Below, in pieces: positions 1-13,360 of a stretch of DNA of 63,272 bases (the stretch's first letter is position 1; every line of letters begins with the position of its first letter). The notes beneath the pieces were generated by a model. It saw only the letters and a list, made by a program, of their open reading frames with translations. It made no database searches and was not told where the DNA came from. Made by a program: the position numbers and the translations under genes. Origin of the DNA: Neophaeotheca triangularis (taxonomy: Eukaryota); the NCBI GenBank assembly GCA_054600435.1, contig BAAIJX010000023.1, positions 310,001-373,272 on the forward strand, written 5' to 3'.

Positions 1-518
1 TGGACCCCTCTCCCTCCCTCCCGAAACCTAAAACCCCTTCCCAACCTCGCTTCCACAACCCTCACGTACCCCTCCAGCTCCTCCTTCTCCTCCCGCCCAT
101 CCCCAACCCTGCCCTCAAAAATCGCCCAAGCGATAAACTCCCCCACCCCTTCACGACTAACCTCATCCAAGCTCTCCGGAAACTTAAACCAACCCAGTAT
201 ATACCCTTCCAAATCCTCAACCTCGGCCGTCACTTTGTTGAAAAGCTCTTGTCGTTGCTGTCGCGAGCGTAAGGGGGGGTGGGAGGCGGGTTTTTGGATT
301 AGAGGGAGGTAGAGGGTGGTTAGGAGGAGTTGGTGGAGGGTCTCGAGGGAGGTGTAGATTTGGAAGCTGAGGGGGAGAGGCAGGCGGGGGAGGTGGGTGG
401 GGAGGAGGTGGGTTAGGAGGGCGTAGGTCGTGGTTAGGATGCTGAGGATGGGGATTGCTTGGAAGGTGTGGATGACGAGGCGGATTTGGAGGAGTTGGGG
501 GAGGGTTGGGTCGATCAT
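1..518 (-). CDS. 5' part of a conserved fungal protein, possibly alpha/beta-hydrolase-like; runs off the window
   Basis: ATG at 518 opens a stop-free frame to the window edge (MIDPTLPQLL...HPPLRSRQQRQELFNKV...YILGWFKFPESLDEVSREGVGEFIAWAIFEG). It is absent from the ORF track because it has no stop. Family call is from recalled motif resemblance only. Confidence 0.55.
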   Translation of the reverse strand, partial: MIDPTLPQLLQIRLVIHTFQAIPILSILTTTYALLTHLLPTHLPRLPLPLSFQIYTSLETLHQLLLTTLYLPLIQKPASHPPLRSRQQRQELFNKVTAEVEDLEGYILGWFKFPESLDEVSREGVGEFIAWAIFEGRVGDGREEKEELEGYVRVVEARLGRGFRFREGGRGV

Positions 519-1287
519 TTGTTGTGGTGAGGGTGTTCGGTGGTTAGTGGTTGGCGGTTCGTTGTTTGGTGGTGGATAGACTGGTTGGTGGTCTTGCTCG
601 TTGAGATGCAGTACAGGTTGTGAGTGTGCGTGAGTACTAACAGCGGGCTGCGGCAAGTAGTTTCTTTAACCCTCTTCTCGCATCAGGTCGTCACCATCAC
701 TTTTATATAAACCCTGCAAAAGCGGCTGTCGACTCGGCCGTAAGAGTATCTATGGAATATGTCTGGATGTGGAACGTTGGTGGGAAAAGCAAGGAGAGTC
801 GGGTCGTCTCTTTTCTTTCTCTCGTCCGTTAATCTTCACATGCACCTCCCAACTGCTATGTCATTGGTCCGTGTGAGGAGGTGTTTGGCGGGTACCTGCA
901 TGTGAAGATATCACCGTCTTTTGTTAATGTCAAAATTTGGCTTGTCTTGCAATGGTTGGCTGGGTTTTCTAGTAGGCAGAAGCATGTTGGGTAGTAAGGA
1001 TACTAAAAGAGCAATGATGTTGTCTTGTGGGCCGTGAGAATGAGCTAGAGCTTGCCACTGAACTGGACGTTTGTAGTATCTCATTCGAACGGCGCTACTA
1101 AACCACTCCCGACTACCGCCTGCTTTACACAGATACCTGTGCGATGCCGATATACCTCCAAATCTAGACCTAGACCCATACATCATCCCCTCCGACTGGA
1201 ACGCCCGCAAACATGCCAAAAGGGTATCTCTTAAAAAGCACAAAACCACCACTCGCTCTATCCCGTCTCGCCCCGAGCCCTTCCCCT

Positions 1288-3615
1288 CTATCCCCCTCCC
1301 CCCACAACGCCAATCTCATACCCAAGCAATACTTCCGTCCCCACGCCTTCCCAACCCCGGTTTCCCGCCGCGGATAACATAAAATTACATGCTGGATCAA
1401 TATGCAGCGCGCTAATAACCCCACCCCGATGTCCGGGGACGATAGTGAAGGGGATGGTGGAGCGAGGGGCTTTGTTCGGTAAAGCGCTGGCGGTCAGGGG
1501 AGCGTTGAAATTGTTATTAGTGGGGAGCACGCTGTTATTGTGGAGGTCGTAGATGCGCAGAATGTCTTGGGAAGCACTGGATGGGCAAACATGTTAGTGG
1601 TGATTCCATTATGTTTTGTTCGGCATTAGTGGGAAGTAATCTCCCGTCCGTTGCGGCTGGAGGGACTAGAGAGAAAAATGGTTTCGCGAAACTCACCACA
1701 CTAAATGCCTCCCATTCGGCATCCCCCTAACAGCATAAACGGGCCCACTGCCCGCCTGAAACTTGAAAGTCCGATTCGGCTCCACTCCACCAAGCTTGCT
1801 CGCTTTTGTCCCGCTACTCCCCAATTTATGTATCGAGTACTCGTCGACGCCGCAGTTCCGCCTTCCAGCATAAAACCAATTGCCATCAGGACTCCAGCAA
1901 GCTCCAGTGCAGAAAGGTCCCGTGCCGGGGTGGACAGGGATTGTCGCGACTGGGTTGGGGATGCGGCGGTCCCAAAGGCGGAGGACGCCGTCGATGCTTG
2001 CGGAGAGGAAGGTACTTTCGGATTGTTGGGGGAGGGAGGTGGGATTGGTTGGGGGGGTTGTGTCTGTGGGTTCTGGTAGCTCATGGGAGGTTGGGGAGGC
2101 CGGTGGGTGTGGGAGGTTAGGCGCTGTGTGAGCTGCGGATGAGGGTGGGGGGTCTGAGGTGCTTGGGTTGGTGGCGTCGAGGTGGGTGTTTGGGGAGGTA
2201 TTGTTGTCGTCGGTCATGAAAGTGTCGGTGTTTGTTGTCACTGCTGGAGGTTGGACGGGGCCGCCGCTGTTGAGGACAGAGGGTTCGGTGTTTTCGTTTG
2301 CGTCTCCGTTCTCGTTCTCGCCCGGGGCGTCCTCGTCGTTTTGTTCTAGGCTTGTTGCGAGGGCTTCTCCGAACATGTCGTCGTCGGCTGCGTCGCCGAA
2401 GCTGTTGCCCCCCGGTACTCCACCAGGCTCGTTGTCGTCGCCGAAGAGGGAGCCATGGTCGCCGGGATCACCGAAAAGGCTTCCTGTTGGCGAGCCTGCT
2501 GCGTCTTCTTCTCCATTCTCTTCGGCTTTGGATGATCGTCGATCACTACCATCCACCAACACTCCATTGGCGGCAGGTTTGTCAGCATTGTTCGAGCTAA
2601 AAGTGCCATTGATGCCCTCAGGCTGGGGTTCAGAGATTTCCGGAATCGGCACCGAAGACAACGGTCTCGTCTCGATGGCACTGATTTGTCCACCGCTCCC
2701 CCAAAAAGACCTCTTCACTCTTCCCGTTGAGAGATCCCAATCGTGCATAGCCTTATCCCAACTCCCACTCAGCAGCCCCGTCTCATCCTGATTTAGAGTA
2801 AGCACCGATACAGCACTCGTATGCTCCCTAAGCGTAGCGATCCTCGTCCCAGCTTGATGCCTACAAGTCTGCAAATTAATGCCACCGCTTTCCAACCCCG
2901 ACAGCAGCCACGTAGCCTGATGCTGGACAGCGAGTGAATAAACTGGGCTCGTCCACTTGTTATCATCCTCCCCCCTCTGCGGCGGCGTGCGTATCACTGG
3001 CTCTTCGTTCTCCCAGTACGTCACCAAACTCCCTGCTTTCATCACGCTGTCAACGAAGGGATGCTTTTGCGCCACTGTCAAAGGAACTTTGCCGTTCGCC
3101 GTTTCCACCCAATTGTACATGCGCACGTAGCCGTCGGTGCCACCGCTAAACACCCAGCGCATGTCAGGTGTCGCTGCTATGGCATTTATGGACGTGCTCT
3201 GGGGTGCGGCCATGGTGGGGACGATATCGTAGGCTTGCGCGGTGAGGGCTTCCTGGCGCGTGCGAGGAATATAAGACGCGAGACCTGGTGATCGAGCTGC
3301 AGAAGAAGTTCGCGGTGAGGGCGAAGTAACGACGAAGTCCGGGTTGGGCTGGCTGGCATCATGGCCGGGAGAGGGTTTGCTGGTGGTGTGCTGTTGTCGT
3401 GCGCCGCGTGAAGGGGACTCTTCGTTTTGGTCTTCGTCGTCTTCATCGTCTTCGTCATTGTCATCGTTGTCGTCTTCTTCGTCGTCGTCGCCGTTTTGGT
3501 CCATATCTGCGTCACCGTCTTCGTCCACTTGTGTGTCGTTCACGTCCTCCATGTCGTCGTCTTCGGACTCGTCTTGCGAGCCATTGGTGGGGTCTGCGTC
3601 ATCGTCGAAGGCCAT
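1288..3615 (-). CDS. SPT8: SAGA subunit Spt8 (acidic N-terminus plus WD40 repeats), 2 exons
   Basis: Acidic start MAFDDDAD; WD repeats (LLSGSWDK, SASIDGVLRLWD). GTGAGT...CAG intron at 1577-1696 joins to CASQDILRIYDL...VPGHRGGVIS...AGNRGWEG, the typical fungal Spt8 C-terminus. Confidence 0.9.
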
Positions 3616-4855
3616 TCTGCGTGCTGACTGCGTCGTATGATGATCGCAGTAATGTTGCGATCTGGCTGAGGTGAGGAAGCAGGACTGCAAAGTATTCAAA
3701 GTGAAGTTCGATAGTAGATGGCCGATCGAGCTTGGGTGTTTCAAGTGAGGCTGGTTAACATCCATTGGTGTGGAGAAGCCACAGAGCCACAGCCGCTTGG
3801 ACCAAGTGAAGTCAAGCTTTAGCAGGTAAGTTCGGAGATAAAGTGCGCGACAGGTCACAATCGCGACTTCTCCCTCTACTTCACTACTACATTCATCGAC
3901 AACAATATGTCGATACGTTCAACAGTGAAGCTCATACCACCATGTGGAAATCTTTGTGTGTACCGCATCCAACAGGCTATGGGAGGGGTTGGCTTTCATC
4001 GCACGACACGTCTCATTCAGTATATACAAGCACAGCTGACTCTCCATCAACCAAAGACTCCTGGTACCAGGCCCGTCAGACCTCTGTGCATTATATACGA
4101 CTTCGGTCCTCTTCTTTGTGCTGACTCTAAGCGGTAAGATACTACCTCCTAGTAGTTGCTGGTAGTCACAAACGCCGGGAAGGGCAGCTTGCAGGAAACA
4201 TGCGTCTTTTATGCTGCTTCCCGGCTCAGCACACCTCTCCTTCTTCCTTCTCCCGTCTCTCCCGTCTCTGTTTTGCTGCAGTTATTGATGCTTTTTAGAC
4301 CCCGCGGGGCCGCCAGAGACGACTGAGAGAGCAGAATCGAGCGGTTCGTACACAGCCCTTGGCCCCCCTATAGCCCATTCCCTGTGAGGACCTGGCCGGA
4401 GAATCAGCGCGCAAAGGCTGCTCGACTGCTACGGGAGCATGCGGGCGCAGAAGGTAAGAGCTCCTGGAGGCTGCCAAAGAGATGAAAGAATTCTTGTAAG
4501 TCTCTTAGTCTATACGAGATGCCCCGTATTGATTGCCAATGCTAATGTTTGCCTCGTTTCCCAGCAGCGCATTTCCTCTGCAAAGAGCCCACGCTCGCTC
4601 CCAGTACCTACAGGCCTTGTCTTCCTGACAGCGCCCTTCAAGCGATAAAGCGGCTCTGATTCCGAATTGCCATTGCCAGGACTCCCGACCCCGCCATCGA
4701 CGTGCCTGCTTCATTCGTGACAGTTGCCTGTTTATGCTTGGCGTGAAGCTTTGGCGTCCTCACTTGGATTCCCTTCTACTTTAACGCTCCAACCTCAACT
4801 ACGCAACCTTCACACCCACAACTAACACCAACACCCTCTCCAGCACAGCTCGATC

Positions 4856-7800
4856 ATGCCAGACATGAACGAGTCCCTCATTGAGAAATGGGGAAAGTCA
4901 AAGAAGGCAAGCGGGCCGGCGGGCCAGCGAGCGGACGTTTGGCTCCTGCCACAGCGTCTGAACCTCGCTGTGCGCGAGTACTACGAAAAGGCGCCACCAC
5001 CTTCCAATGGCTGGACCGCGCGCCCCGAGGTGCCAACCTCTGCGGAGGTCTTGGACACTGACGGCGACTCTGCGGACAGCGAAGTGGTGGAGATTGTGCC
5101 AAACAAGAGAGAAGGCGCATGGGAGTCCAAAGGTCAGTACACACACGTCTCTTGCGATTGCAATACATTCACTAACTTCACCTTGCAGAGGCATACCTTT
5201 CCGCCCACTACGAGCTACTTCGTGAAGACGCTTTGCGTCCTCTTCGAACCGCAGTCGGGCTTTTGCGCGTCACACCGGCTGGCGTCGAAGATACCTTCAG
5301 CGGCTCCAAAAGCTCAATTGGAATCTACGAAAAGGTACGCCCCTTCGACTCTGTCCTTTGCTGGTATTCCCACTAACACACTATGCAGGTCCATATCTGC
5401 GCTATTACATGTTCCACGCGTGGCATCGCTGTCCGCGTCACATTCAGCCTCGTCCGCGCCGGCAAGCAAATCCTCTGGGAGCAGTCAAAGCGCCTCCTGA
5501 GCGGCAGCCTGGTCGTTCTCTCGCCAAAAGATGACATGTTTAACAACAAAGCCATCGTGGCGACCGTGGCAGCACGACCACTCTCAGCCCTACAACTCAA
5601 TCCACCAGAGCTTGACTTGTTCATCGCGCGTGCCGAAGAGTTCGAGTTTGATCCAGCTCAAGAATGGGTGATGATTGAGGAGAGGAGTGGTTTCTTCGAA
5701 GCTGACAGGCACACACTGCTTGCTCTACAGCACATGATGCATGAGCCATTTCCACTATCGGAGCACCTTGTTTCGGCAAAGACCCATATCAAGGCTCCTC
5801 AATACGTCAAAGACCACCCAGTCAAGGATATGCGCAAAATTTTCACCAACAACAAGCACCAGACCTACGAAAACGTGGACATTCTCAAGAACTGGCCAGC
5901 TCAGCCCGAGAGTGACCTTGACGCATCGCAGCTCTCCGCACTTCATCGCATTCTCACCAAGCGCCTCGCCATTGTTCAAGGACCTCCGGGTACCGGCAAG
6001 ACTCATGTCTCGGTGCAGGCCATTAAGGTTATGCTCGAGAACCGTCAAGAGGATGATCCACCTATACTTGTCACCTGCCAAACGAATCACGCTCTGGACC
6101 AGCTCCTTCGTCACATCGCCGTTTTCGAGCCAGACAGCTTTGTGCGTCTCGGCGGAAGATCTAAAGACAAGGGCATCGTCAAGGATCGTACTCTATACGA
6201 AGTGCGCCAAAAGACTTCAGAGTCTCCACCACCAGGCTGTCTGACTGGTGGCGCCCGCAAGAAGATGCGTGAACTCGAAAAAGAAATCACCGTCCTCTTG
6301 GACCCACTCAAACCCTCTGAGACACCGCTCGATCATCTATTCCTTCAGAAGCTATCTCTACTCACCGAACAACAGGCCTCCTCGCTCGAGCTCGGTGCCT
6401 CAGAGTGGGTGCAGGATCAGAACCTCAATCCCAACGAATCGCCGTTCAATCTCTGGCTTGGCAAAAGTCTCATCATCGTCCCTCCCAAGCAAAAGGCAGA
6501 GGACTTTGGGTTCGAGTTTGAAGAGGCAGATCTCGAATTTGAGCAACTGAAAGAGTTGGAAGCAGAGAACTTTGCCAAAGAGGACGAGGATTTTGAGTCA
6601 CTTTCGGGCAACACCTATCCCATTGCGGACAACTTCATGGCTAAGAAGGTGGTCGGTGGACCCAACGAAACTCAAGCCAAAGAATGGCTCAATAAAGAGC
6701 AGGACCTGTGGAAAATTCCCGAGAACGTGCGAGGCCCAGTATACCGTTACCTGCAAATGCAGATGAAACAACTCATCCTTGAGAGTTTGCGCGGCAAAGT
6801 CAAAGCGTACGACACGCAGGCATTCCGCCGTCGCATTGGCTTCTGGGAGCAAGACGAGAATATACTCAAAGAGCAGAAGATTATTGGCATGACTACGACT
6901 GGTTTCAGCAAATATCGCGCCCTCATCAGCGCCCTCAAGCCCAAGGTGGTACTGATCGAAGAGGCCGCTGAGACTCTGGAAGCCCCTGTCATCGCTACTT
7001 GCGTTCCTTCTCTCGAGCAGCTCATTCTCGTTGGCGATCATCTGCAGCTGCGTCCGCACTGCCACGTCAGAGAACATCAAGGCAAGCCATTCTATCTCGA
7101 CATTTCTCTCTTCGAGCGCATGGTCCGCAACAATCTCGAGTTTGAAACGCTCGCGAGGCAGCGTCGCATGATCCCAGAGATCCGTCGCATTCTTTTTCCC
7201 ATCTACAAGGGCGTCATCAAAGACCACGCATCCGTCCTCAACCCTGCCAACCGTCCAGACGTCCCTGGCATGGGCGGCATCAACAGTCATTTCTTCTCGC
7301 ACGCATGGGCTGAGACCCGCGATGATCACATGTCAGCCGTCAACGCCGCCGAGGCAGACATGATTGTTGGGTTCGTTGAATACCTTTCACTGAACGGCAT
7401 GAACACCAAGGACATTACTGTTCTCACCTTCTACAACGGTCAACGCAAACATATACTGGGCAAGCTTCGTGACAGGACGAATTTGATGGGTCAGGTCTTC
7501 AATGTCGTCACCGTCGACTCTTACCAAGGTGAGGAGAACCATGTCGTCTTGCTTTCACTTGTCCGCAGCAACAACAATCACGCAATTGGTTTCCTCGACG
7601 TGCAGAATCGCGTCTGCGTCGCCCTCTCGCGTGCTCAGCGTGGCTTCTACATCTTCGGAAATGCAGAGCTCGTATACAATTCCAATAAACTCTGGAACGA
7701 AGTCATTACCATCATGAGCGGCAATCACCAAAAGAAGAGTCTCAACGAACCAAAGGGCCGCCTCTCCGACATCCTCCCGGTCCGCTGCAGCAACCACGAC

Positions 7801-8661
7801 GTTATCACCGAAGTTGCCGACCCCTCCGATTGGGAGAAAATCGCTGCTGGTGGCTGCAAGCAGACTTGTAAAGACCTCCTACCCTGCGGTCATCGCTGCC
7901 CACTCACCTGCCATTCTTTCCCCCACGACATCGTCAACTGCCAGCACCTTTGCCAAAAGCTTCTGTCCTGCACGCACCCCTGCACAGCATCTTGCGGCGA
8001 CCCCTGCGTCTGCAGCATATGCAGTAAGAGCAGCCAGAAAAAACAACAGAAAAAGCAGAAGCAACTCAAGGGGACTAACAATACTGCAGACGAGCACTCC
8101 TACACCGTCCACGACCTCAAACCCTCTTCCAAGCTCACCAGCAACGGCAAAACTCGCGGTCAGCAAAGCTCCCACTCCTCGTCCCACGAAAACAGCAACA
8201 GCCGCTCCTCGACTTCGGAGTCCTGGCACTCTTTCGCCGTGGAAGAAGCCGCCAAGTTCGCTGCCGACGCCGCTAGACCTCCCGCCGTCTCAGACAAGCC
8301 TGTCCTCGCCGTCACCACCAACGATGCCACTGTTGCTCCCGCTTCCATGGCCGATTACAAGAAGCAGGACCCAGCACCACAGCGTCATGACGACCTCCTC
8401 ATCGATTTCGAACCTGTCGTTTCACCTACTGATTCTATTACGCCTACGGTCGCGCGCTTGAATCTCGGTGGTGCTGCTGGGGCTGGGGTTATGTGTGGGG
8501 GTCTAGGTTCAAGGGAGAGTGGGGTTGAAAAATCGAAGGGGATCGATGCGAAGAAGGAGCACGAGGACAAGGATACGGAGCCGGAGGGAGAGGTGGAGCA
8601 AGATGAGAAGCGGGATGTGAAGCAGGTGGAGGATGAGGAGGAGTGCTTGATCGACTTGTAA
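4856..8661 (+). CDS. hrr1: ZNFX1/Hrr1/SAD-3-like SF1 (UPF1-type) RNA helicase with NF-X1-type Cys-rich C-terminus, 3 exons
   Basis: Motifs QGPPGTGKT, IEEAAE, LVGDHLQL, TVDSYQGEE and NRVCVALSRA. Splicing two GT-AG introns (~5132-5187 and ~5335-5388) restores YLSAHYELLREDALRPLR. Cys repeats include LPCGHRCPLTCH. Confidence 0.88.
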
Positions 8662-9566
8662 CCGCTGGCAGAGATTAGCGTCTCTGCTTACTCGCTAGCT
8701 CGTTGTTTGCACAAGCAGTCTACTTGTACTCCTTGCACTACAGACCCGATTTTCAGGTTTGAGGTGGCGCTACAGAGGGTAGTGAGTTCACGGCATTCGG
8801 CTTGTATCTTCGACCGCTTGTTATGCGTGCTTGCACGCGTTTATGGTAGAGTGTACTCGTGGACTAGTTCGAGCATGCAACAACCTTTTCCCGGTCTTCA
8901 TTTTCGATTGCCACTCCGATTCCCGTGTTCCCTATCATTCGTTGTGCCTTTCTACTGAGTAATCTACTGCGTGTAATTTGGAGTGCATACATTACCTACA
9001 CCGCTGCGACTGTCCAGCCAAACATATATCTAATCTAACAAGACATCGTTGCCACGATCAAAATAATACCAATCTTCACCGGTATCGAAGGAATATGATC
9101 CCCTCAGTTTTCGCTCTGAGCAACACAAACTCTCACCCTAGCGACTAGGGTTAAGAAAGGGTGAGGTAGTGGGTGTTTTCTGAGTAGCTTTGTTGATCTG
9201 GATTATGCATGAAAGGGCGAAAGAGAGGCTTGGCTAATGACTGCGGTCTGCGTTTAAGGTGGCTATTGACTTCGAATCGATGCCTAAGTAGGAGAGTTAG
9301 GTGTTTTGACAGGGGTGAAGTCTAAGATCCAAGGGGCATTAGGTGTTTCCATTATTGATTAAGAATTTGATTGGAGTTTACCCAAGCTCTCTTGATTTGC
9401 AACGGGGGGCTTTTGGTAGTGGGATGGCAGCTAGGACCCTGAGTCTCCTCTTTTCTAGAACCTGCTCCCAACGTCCAGGATTAGGAGGTACAAGTTGAAG
9501 ACAACACTCGAGCAACATTCCAACCTCCCGATCGTACCTGACCACTACACCACCACCACCGCAATC

Positions 9567-11102
9567 ATGCCCGTCGACTACAGCAAATGGGACGACCTCG
9601 AGCTCTCAGACGACAGCGACATCGAAGTTCACCCCAACGTGGACAAGAAGAGCTTCATCCGCGCCAAACAGACGCAAATCCACCAAGAGCGGTCGGCTCG
9701 CAAACAACGCATCAGCACGCTCAAATACGAGAGAGTCATCAATGACGGCCTGCTCTCGCGGATAGATGCGCTATGCAGCAGTCTTGAAGCTCACAAGGCC
9801 GAGGCGGCGAGCAAGAAGGATAAAGATGCTGTCGATGAGACGGTGTTCGAGTGCTTGACGGATGTTTGTGGGGATAAGAGTCTTGGGGAGGATATGCCGC
9901 CGGGGCCGCCGGAGGGTGTGCATGTCAACGAGGCCCAGCCGCCGTATAGCAAGATGTTGGGGGTTTTGGTAGATCAGGTGAAGGAACAGGTCGATAAGAA
10001 GGTGAGTGGGGCTGAGGGGAGGATCGATGCCTACGCGCAAGAGGTTGCGGGACATCAGGAGAAGGTGAGGGATTTGAACAGGCAGTTGGAGACGGAGTTG
10101 GCACGGCTGGAGAAGGAGGAAGCCAAGAAGATTACTAGTGATTCCTACAAGGAAGGCTTCAACACTTCTCATGTGGCCAAGTACCAGCCGCCCCCGCCGA
10201 CTGCAGCAACAGCTTCCAAAGAATCCAAAACCGAACTTCTCAACCCCGGTGCCGGCTCAGGGGCTGATGCCGACCTCGAAGATAACTCGCTCAACCCAAT
10301 CACGGGCGAAGATGGCGACGACGACATGGTAGCCTCTGCGACAGCAAAGCGCTTCGGAAAAATCAATTTCGGCGATTACAACAGCAGCCTTCAATTCATT
10401 GGCAAACACCCGGAAATCATGGTGGAGAAAGAAACCGACGGCCTGCTCGTCGAAGCTTTCAACGCGCAAGAAGCCGGCAACGGCGAGTACGCGCGGCAAT
10501 GCGTGCACCAAGCTCTCCTGCTGCAATACTGCCGCCAGCTGGGCAAAGACGGCGTGGGACTCTTCTTCAAACGCGTGCAGACGCCCAATCACCAGGCCAG
10601 AAAGCTCTTCCTCGACGACGTCAACAGCACTTACGCACGCATCCGCGACCGCTGCGCCGAGCTCGCCAAGCAAAAAGCCGAAGACGACGGTAGCGGCGAC
10701 CGAGAGCAAATCCAACTGCACGCCGTGGAGCCCGGGACGCAGATCAATATCGTCACGCCGCCTGTGATGGACAAGTGCGAGACGGAGGACGAGAAGATTG
10801 CCAGGGAGATTTTCGACTCGTTCCCGCCTGGATTGCAGCGGGCGCTGGAGAGCGCGAGTCTGGACCGTGTCAATGAGGTGCTGGGGAAGATGAGTGTTGA
10901 AGAGGCCGAGAAGGTTGTTGAGTTGTTGGGTCAGGGCGGCATGTTGAGTTTGGAGCAGGGGGTTATTGATGCTACTACTGAGGAAGGGCAGAAGAGGGTT
11001 GAGGCGCTGGAGAGGGAGGGTAAGGCTGGCAATGCTGGTGGAGGTGCTGCTGCGGGTGATGGCGGGAGGGTGGAGGAGATTGAGGATCCGGGGATGGACT
11101 AG
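9567..11102 (+). CDS. CDC37: Hsp90 co-chaperone Cdc37
   Basis: Diagnostic N-terminus MPVDYSKWDDLELSDDSDIEVHPNVDKKSF; also QCVHQALLLQYC. Confidence 0.95.
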   Translation: MPVDYSKWDDLELSDDSDIEVHPNVDKKSFIRAKQTQIHQERSARKQRISTLKYERVINDGLLSRIDALCSSLEAHKAEAASKKDKDAVDETVFECLTDVCGDKSLGEDMPPGPPEGVHVNEAQPPYSKMLGVLVDQVKEQVDKKVSGAEGRIDAYAQEVAGHQEKVRDLNRQLETELARLEKEEAKKITSDSYKEGFNTSHVAKYQPPPPTAATASKESKTELLNPGAGSGADADLEDNSLNPITGEDGDDDMVASATAKRFGKINFGDYNSSLQFIGKHPEIMVEKETDGLLVEAFNAQEAGNGEYARQCVHQALLLQYCRQLGKDGVGLFFKRVQTPNHQARKLFLDDVNSTYARIRDRCAELAKQKAEDDGSGDREQIQLHAVEPGTQINIVTPPVMDKCETEDEKIAREIFDSFPPGLQRALESASLDRVNEVLGKMSVEEAEKVVELLGQGGMLSLEQGVIDATTEEGQKRVEALEREGKAGNAGGGAAAGDGGRVEEIEDPGMD

Positions 11103-11424
11103 AGAAAAGACGACGGAGGCATGCGCTATGCAGGGATGCGGCTTAGCTCGATGTCATGGTAGGGCGAGATAAAACTCACGAGTGGACGACCGGTACGATT
11201 TCGCTCTTATCGAAATTCGTTACATTGCTCTTCCTCCTCTTACACAGCTTGCCCTTCTCTCACCCACCGCGCACATTCCATTCACCGTAACCAACACTCC
11301 TGCACATTCACCCCGCGCGACAGCGACAAGCACCCCTCAAGCCACGACCAGTAAGCACTCCCGCCATAGTCTGGCCTTACTCTAGCACCACCGCCCCCCC
11401 ACCAACCTGCCCTTCCCCAAACAC

Positions 11425-13360
11425 CTACCGACACCCCCTCCCCCCCACATCCCCCTCGACAATCATCTCACTAGCCCTCTCAGCAACAGCATAAAGCGTA
11501 CTCACCAAATGCCCATCCACCTGAAACGGCAAAACCCCCGCATCCACGACTCGTACATTCTTGGTCCCGTACACGGCCAACCGCGGTTCGACGACGCCGC
11601 CCTCGGACCGGGGCAGCATGGCCGTCGTGCCGATGGGGTGGTAGTTTGGTTCGTCTGTGTGGCAATTTTGCCGTTAGCGCCGTGCTTGGTTGGGGAGGGG
11701 TGGGGTTTGGGTTCTAGCGAGTTTCCACGCTTTGCGTTTCGCTCGGGCTGTTGGGGAGGGCGTGACTGGGGGAGAACGGACATGTCTCTTGGAACCATGG
11801 TTTCCAGGTTTCTGGACCGGCGTCCGCGGGCACCGTCTCGAGGTCTGGGCTCGCCGGGGCGTCGACCAGAGCTGCCAGGGGTGGGGTGGAGAACACGCGG
11901 CGCGCGTGCTTGGCTGTCGCCGTTTGGAGCTGTAGGTCCCAGTCTAGCATGAAGAAGTTTGGGTTGATCAGCGGAGGGGTGCTGGCGTTGGGGCTGCCGA
12001 GGTGCACGCTACCGCGTGAAAAGGGCAGCATGCCCCATAGTGGGGCGGCGAGGGCGGCTTGTGAGGGCGCGAGCAGGATTTCGGCTACAGGGACTGAATG
12101 GTTGAATATTAGGTCGGCTTGGATCGATAGCTGGGCGTGGATTGTCTCCGGGCTTGGGGCGGCGGGATTCTGGGCAGCGATCTGGGCGGCGTAGGCGGGG
12201 AGTTGGGAGCGCAGGTGGGTTGCTACGGCGGAGGTGTTTGGGCCGAAGAGGTCGTGGGCCGTGAGAAAGGCGGCGAAGGGCGTGTAGCCTGTGTATGTTG
12301 TGTTTGCCGCTGCTACTAGGGGGGTGTTTGCTTGGTCTTGGAGGTTCTCGCCGACGGAGGGCAGGTTCACTTTGCAAGGGATGTCGTGTTTGGCGAGAAT
12401 GGCTGGGTTGCCGACGCCCGAGCTTTCGAGGATTCCGGGGCTCTTGAGGCTTCCTGCTGAGAGTATGACTTCGCGCTTCGCCGATAGGGCGTAGGGATCT
12501 CCCCCAGAGGTTGAGCGCACTACCACGCCTGAAGCTTCGGCGAGAGAGGAGACATCATCCTCAGTCCATTCGAGCTTCTCAGCCAGCGTGCCAGTAAAGA
12601 CGTGCAGGTTTCTCCGTTCCGAGACAGGCGCATAGTAACTCCTCGCGGCATCCGCTCGAACGTTACGAATGCCATCGACGGTACTAGGAAACAGGGTGAA
12701 ACCACGCAGAGCACCATCGTTCGAATCTCGATTATAAGGCAAACTCAGATTCATGTAAGTCTGATTCAAGACCTCATGCGCGTCGCCGGCCATGGTGTAA
12801 TTGCTCCAACCGACATCCAGAGGACCATCGTAGCCATGAACGTCCGGGTCGAAAGAAACGCCCCTTTCCGCGAGAGTGGCGTTGGGGGTTAGAAAAGCTT
12901 CCGATTTCAGGTAATAAGGGAACAGGACGTCCCAATTCCAGCCCTCGTTACCCAACACCTCCCACGCATCAATTTGAGCCTTTTGCGCCCGCACATAAGT
13001 CGCTCCGTTGATGGTCGAAGTGCCTCCCAGCGCTTTGCCGGAATTGTAGGTTTTTGTCTCGTTGCCGGCGAAGACTTGAGGCTGGCTCTCGTATTGCCAG
13101 TCGATGTCGCTTCCCAGACTGGCGAAGAAGTTCTGGATTTGCGTGACATTTTCGTTTTGCAAGACTGATTCGCCGGCTTCTACGACTGCTACGCTGGTTT
13201 CGGCGTTCTCGGAGAGGCGGTTGGCGAGCACGAGACCGGTCGTCCCGCCTCCGATGATGATGTAGTCGTAGCCATCCTTCGGGGGCGATGGGGTGCTTTG
13301 TGCAAGAGACACGAGGGACAAGAAAAAATGGGCGATGAAAAAGTTGTACTTTGTCATCAT
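11425..13360 (-). CDS. Secreted GMC oxidoreductase (AA3_2, glucose oxidase/dehydrogenase-like), 2 exons
   Basis: Signal peptide; IIGGGTTG FAD motif; GKALGGTSTING; VGENLQD. After an intron the last exon reads YEPNYHPIGTTAM...VRVVDAGVLPFQVDGH. Confidence 0.9.

Noticed and set aside
1693..3858. 721-aa ORF as the full Spt8 model, and N-terminal extensions of CDC37 (9495) and SRR1 (14646)
   Set aside because: The extensions precede the recognisable starts (3615, 9567, 15021), and Spt8 needs a second exon.
4856..8661. Functional link between the RNAi helicase and the telomeric transposon nest
   Set aside because: The gene is over 40 kb away among housekeeping genes, and nothing beyond proximity supports a link.
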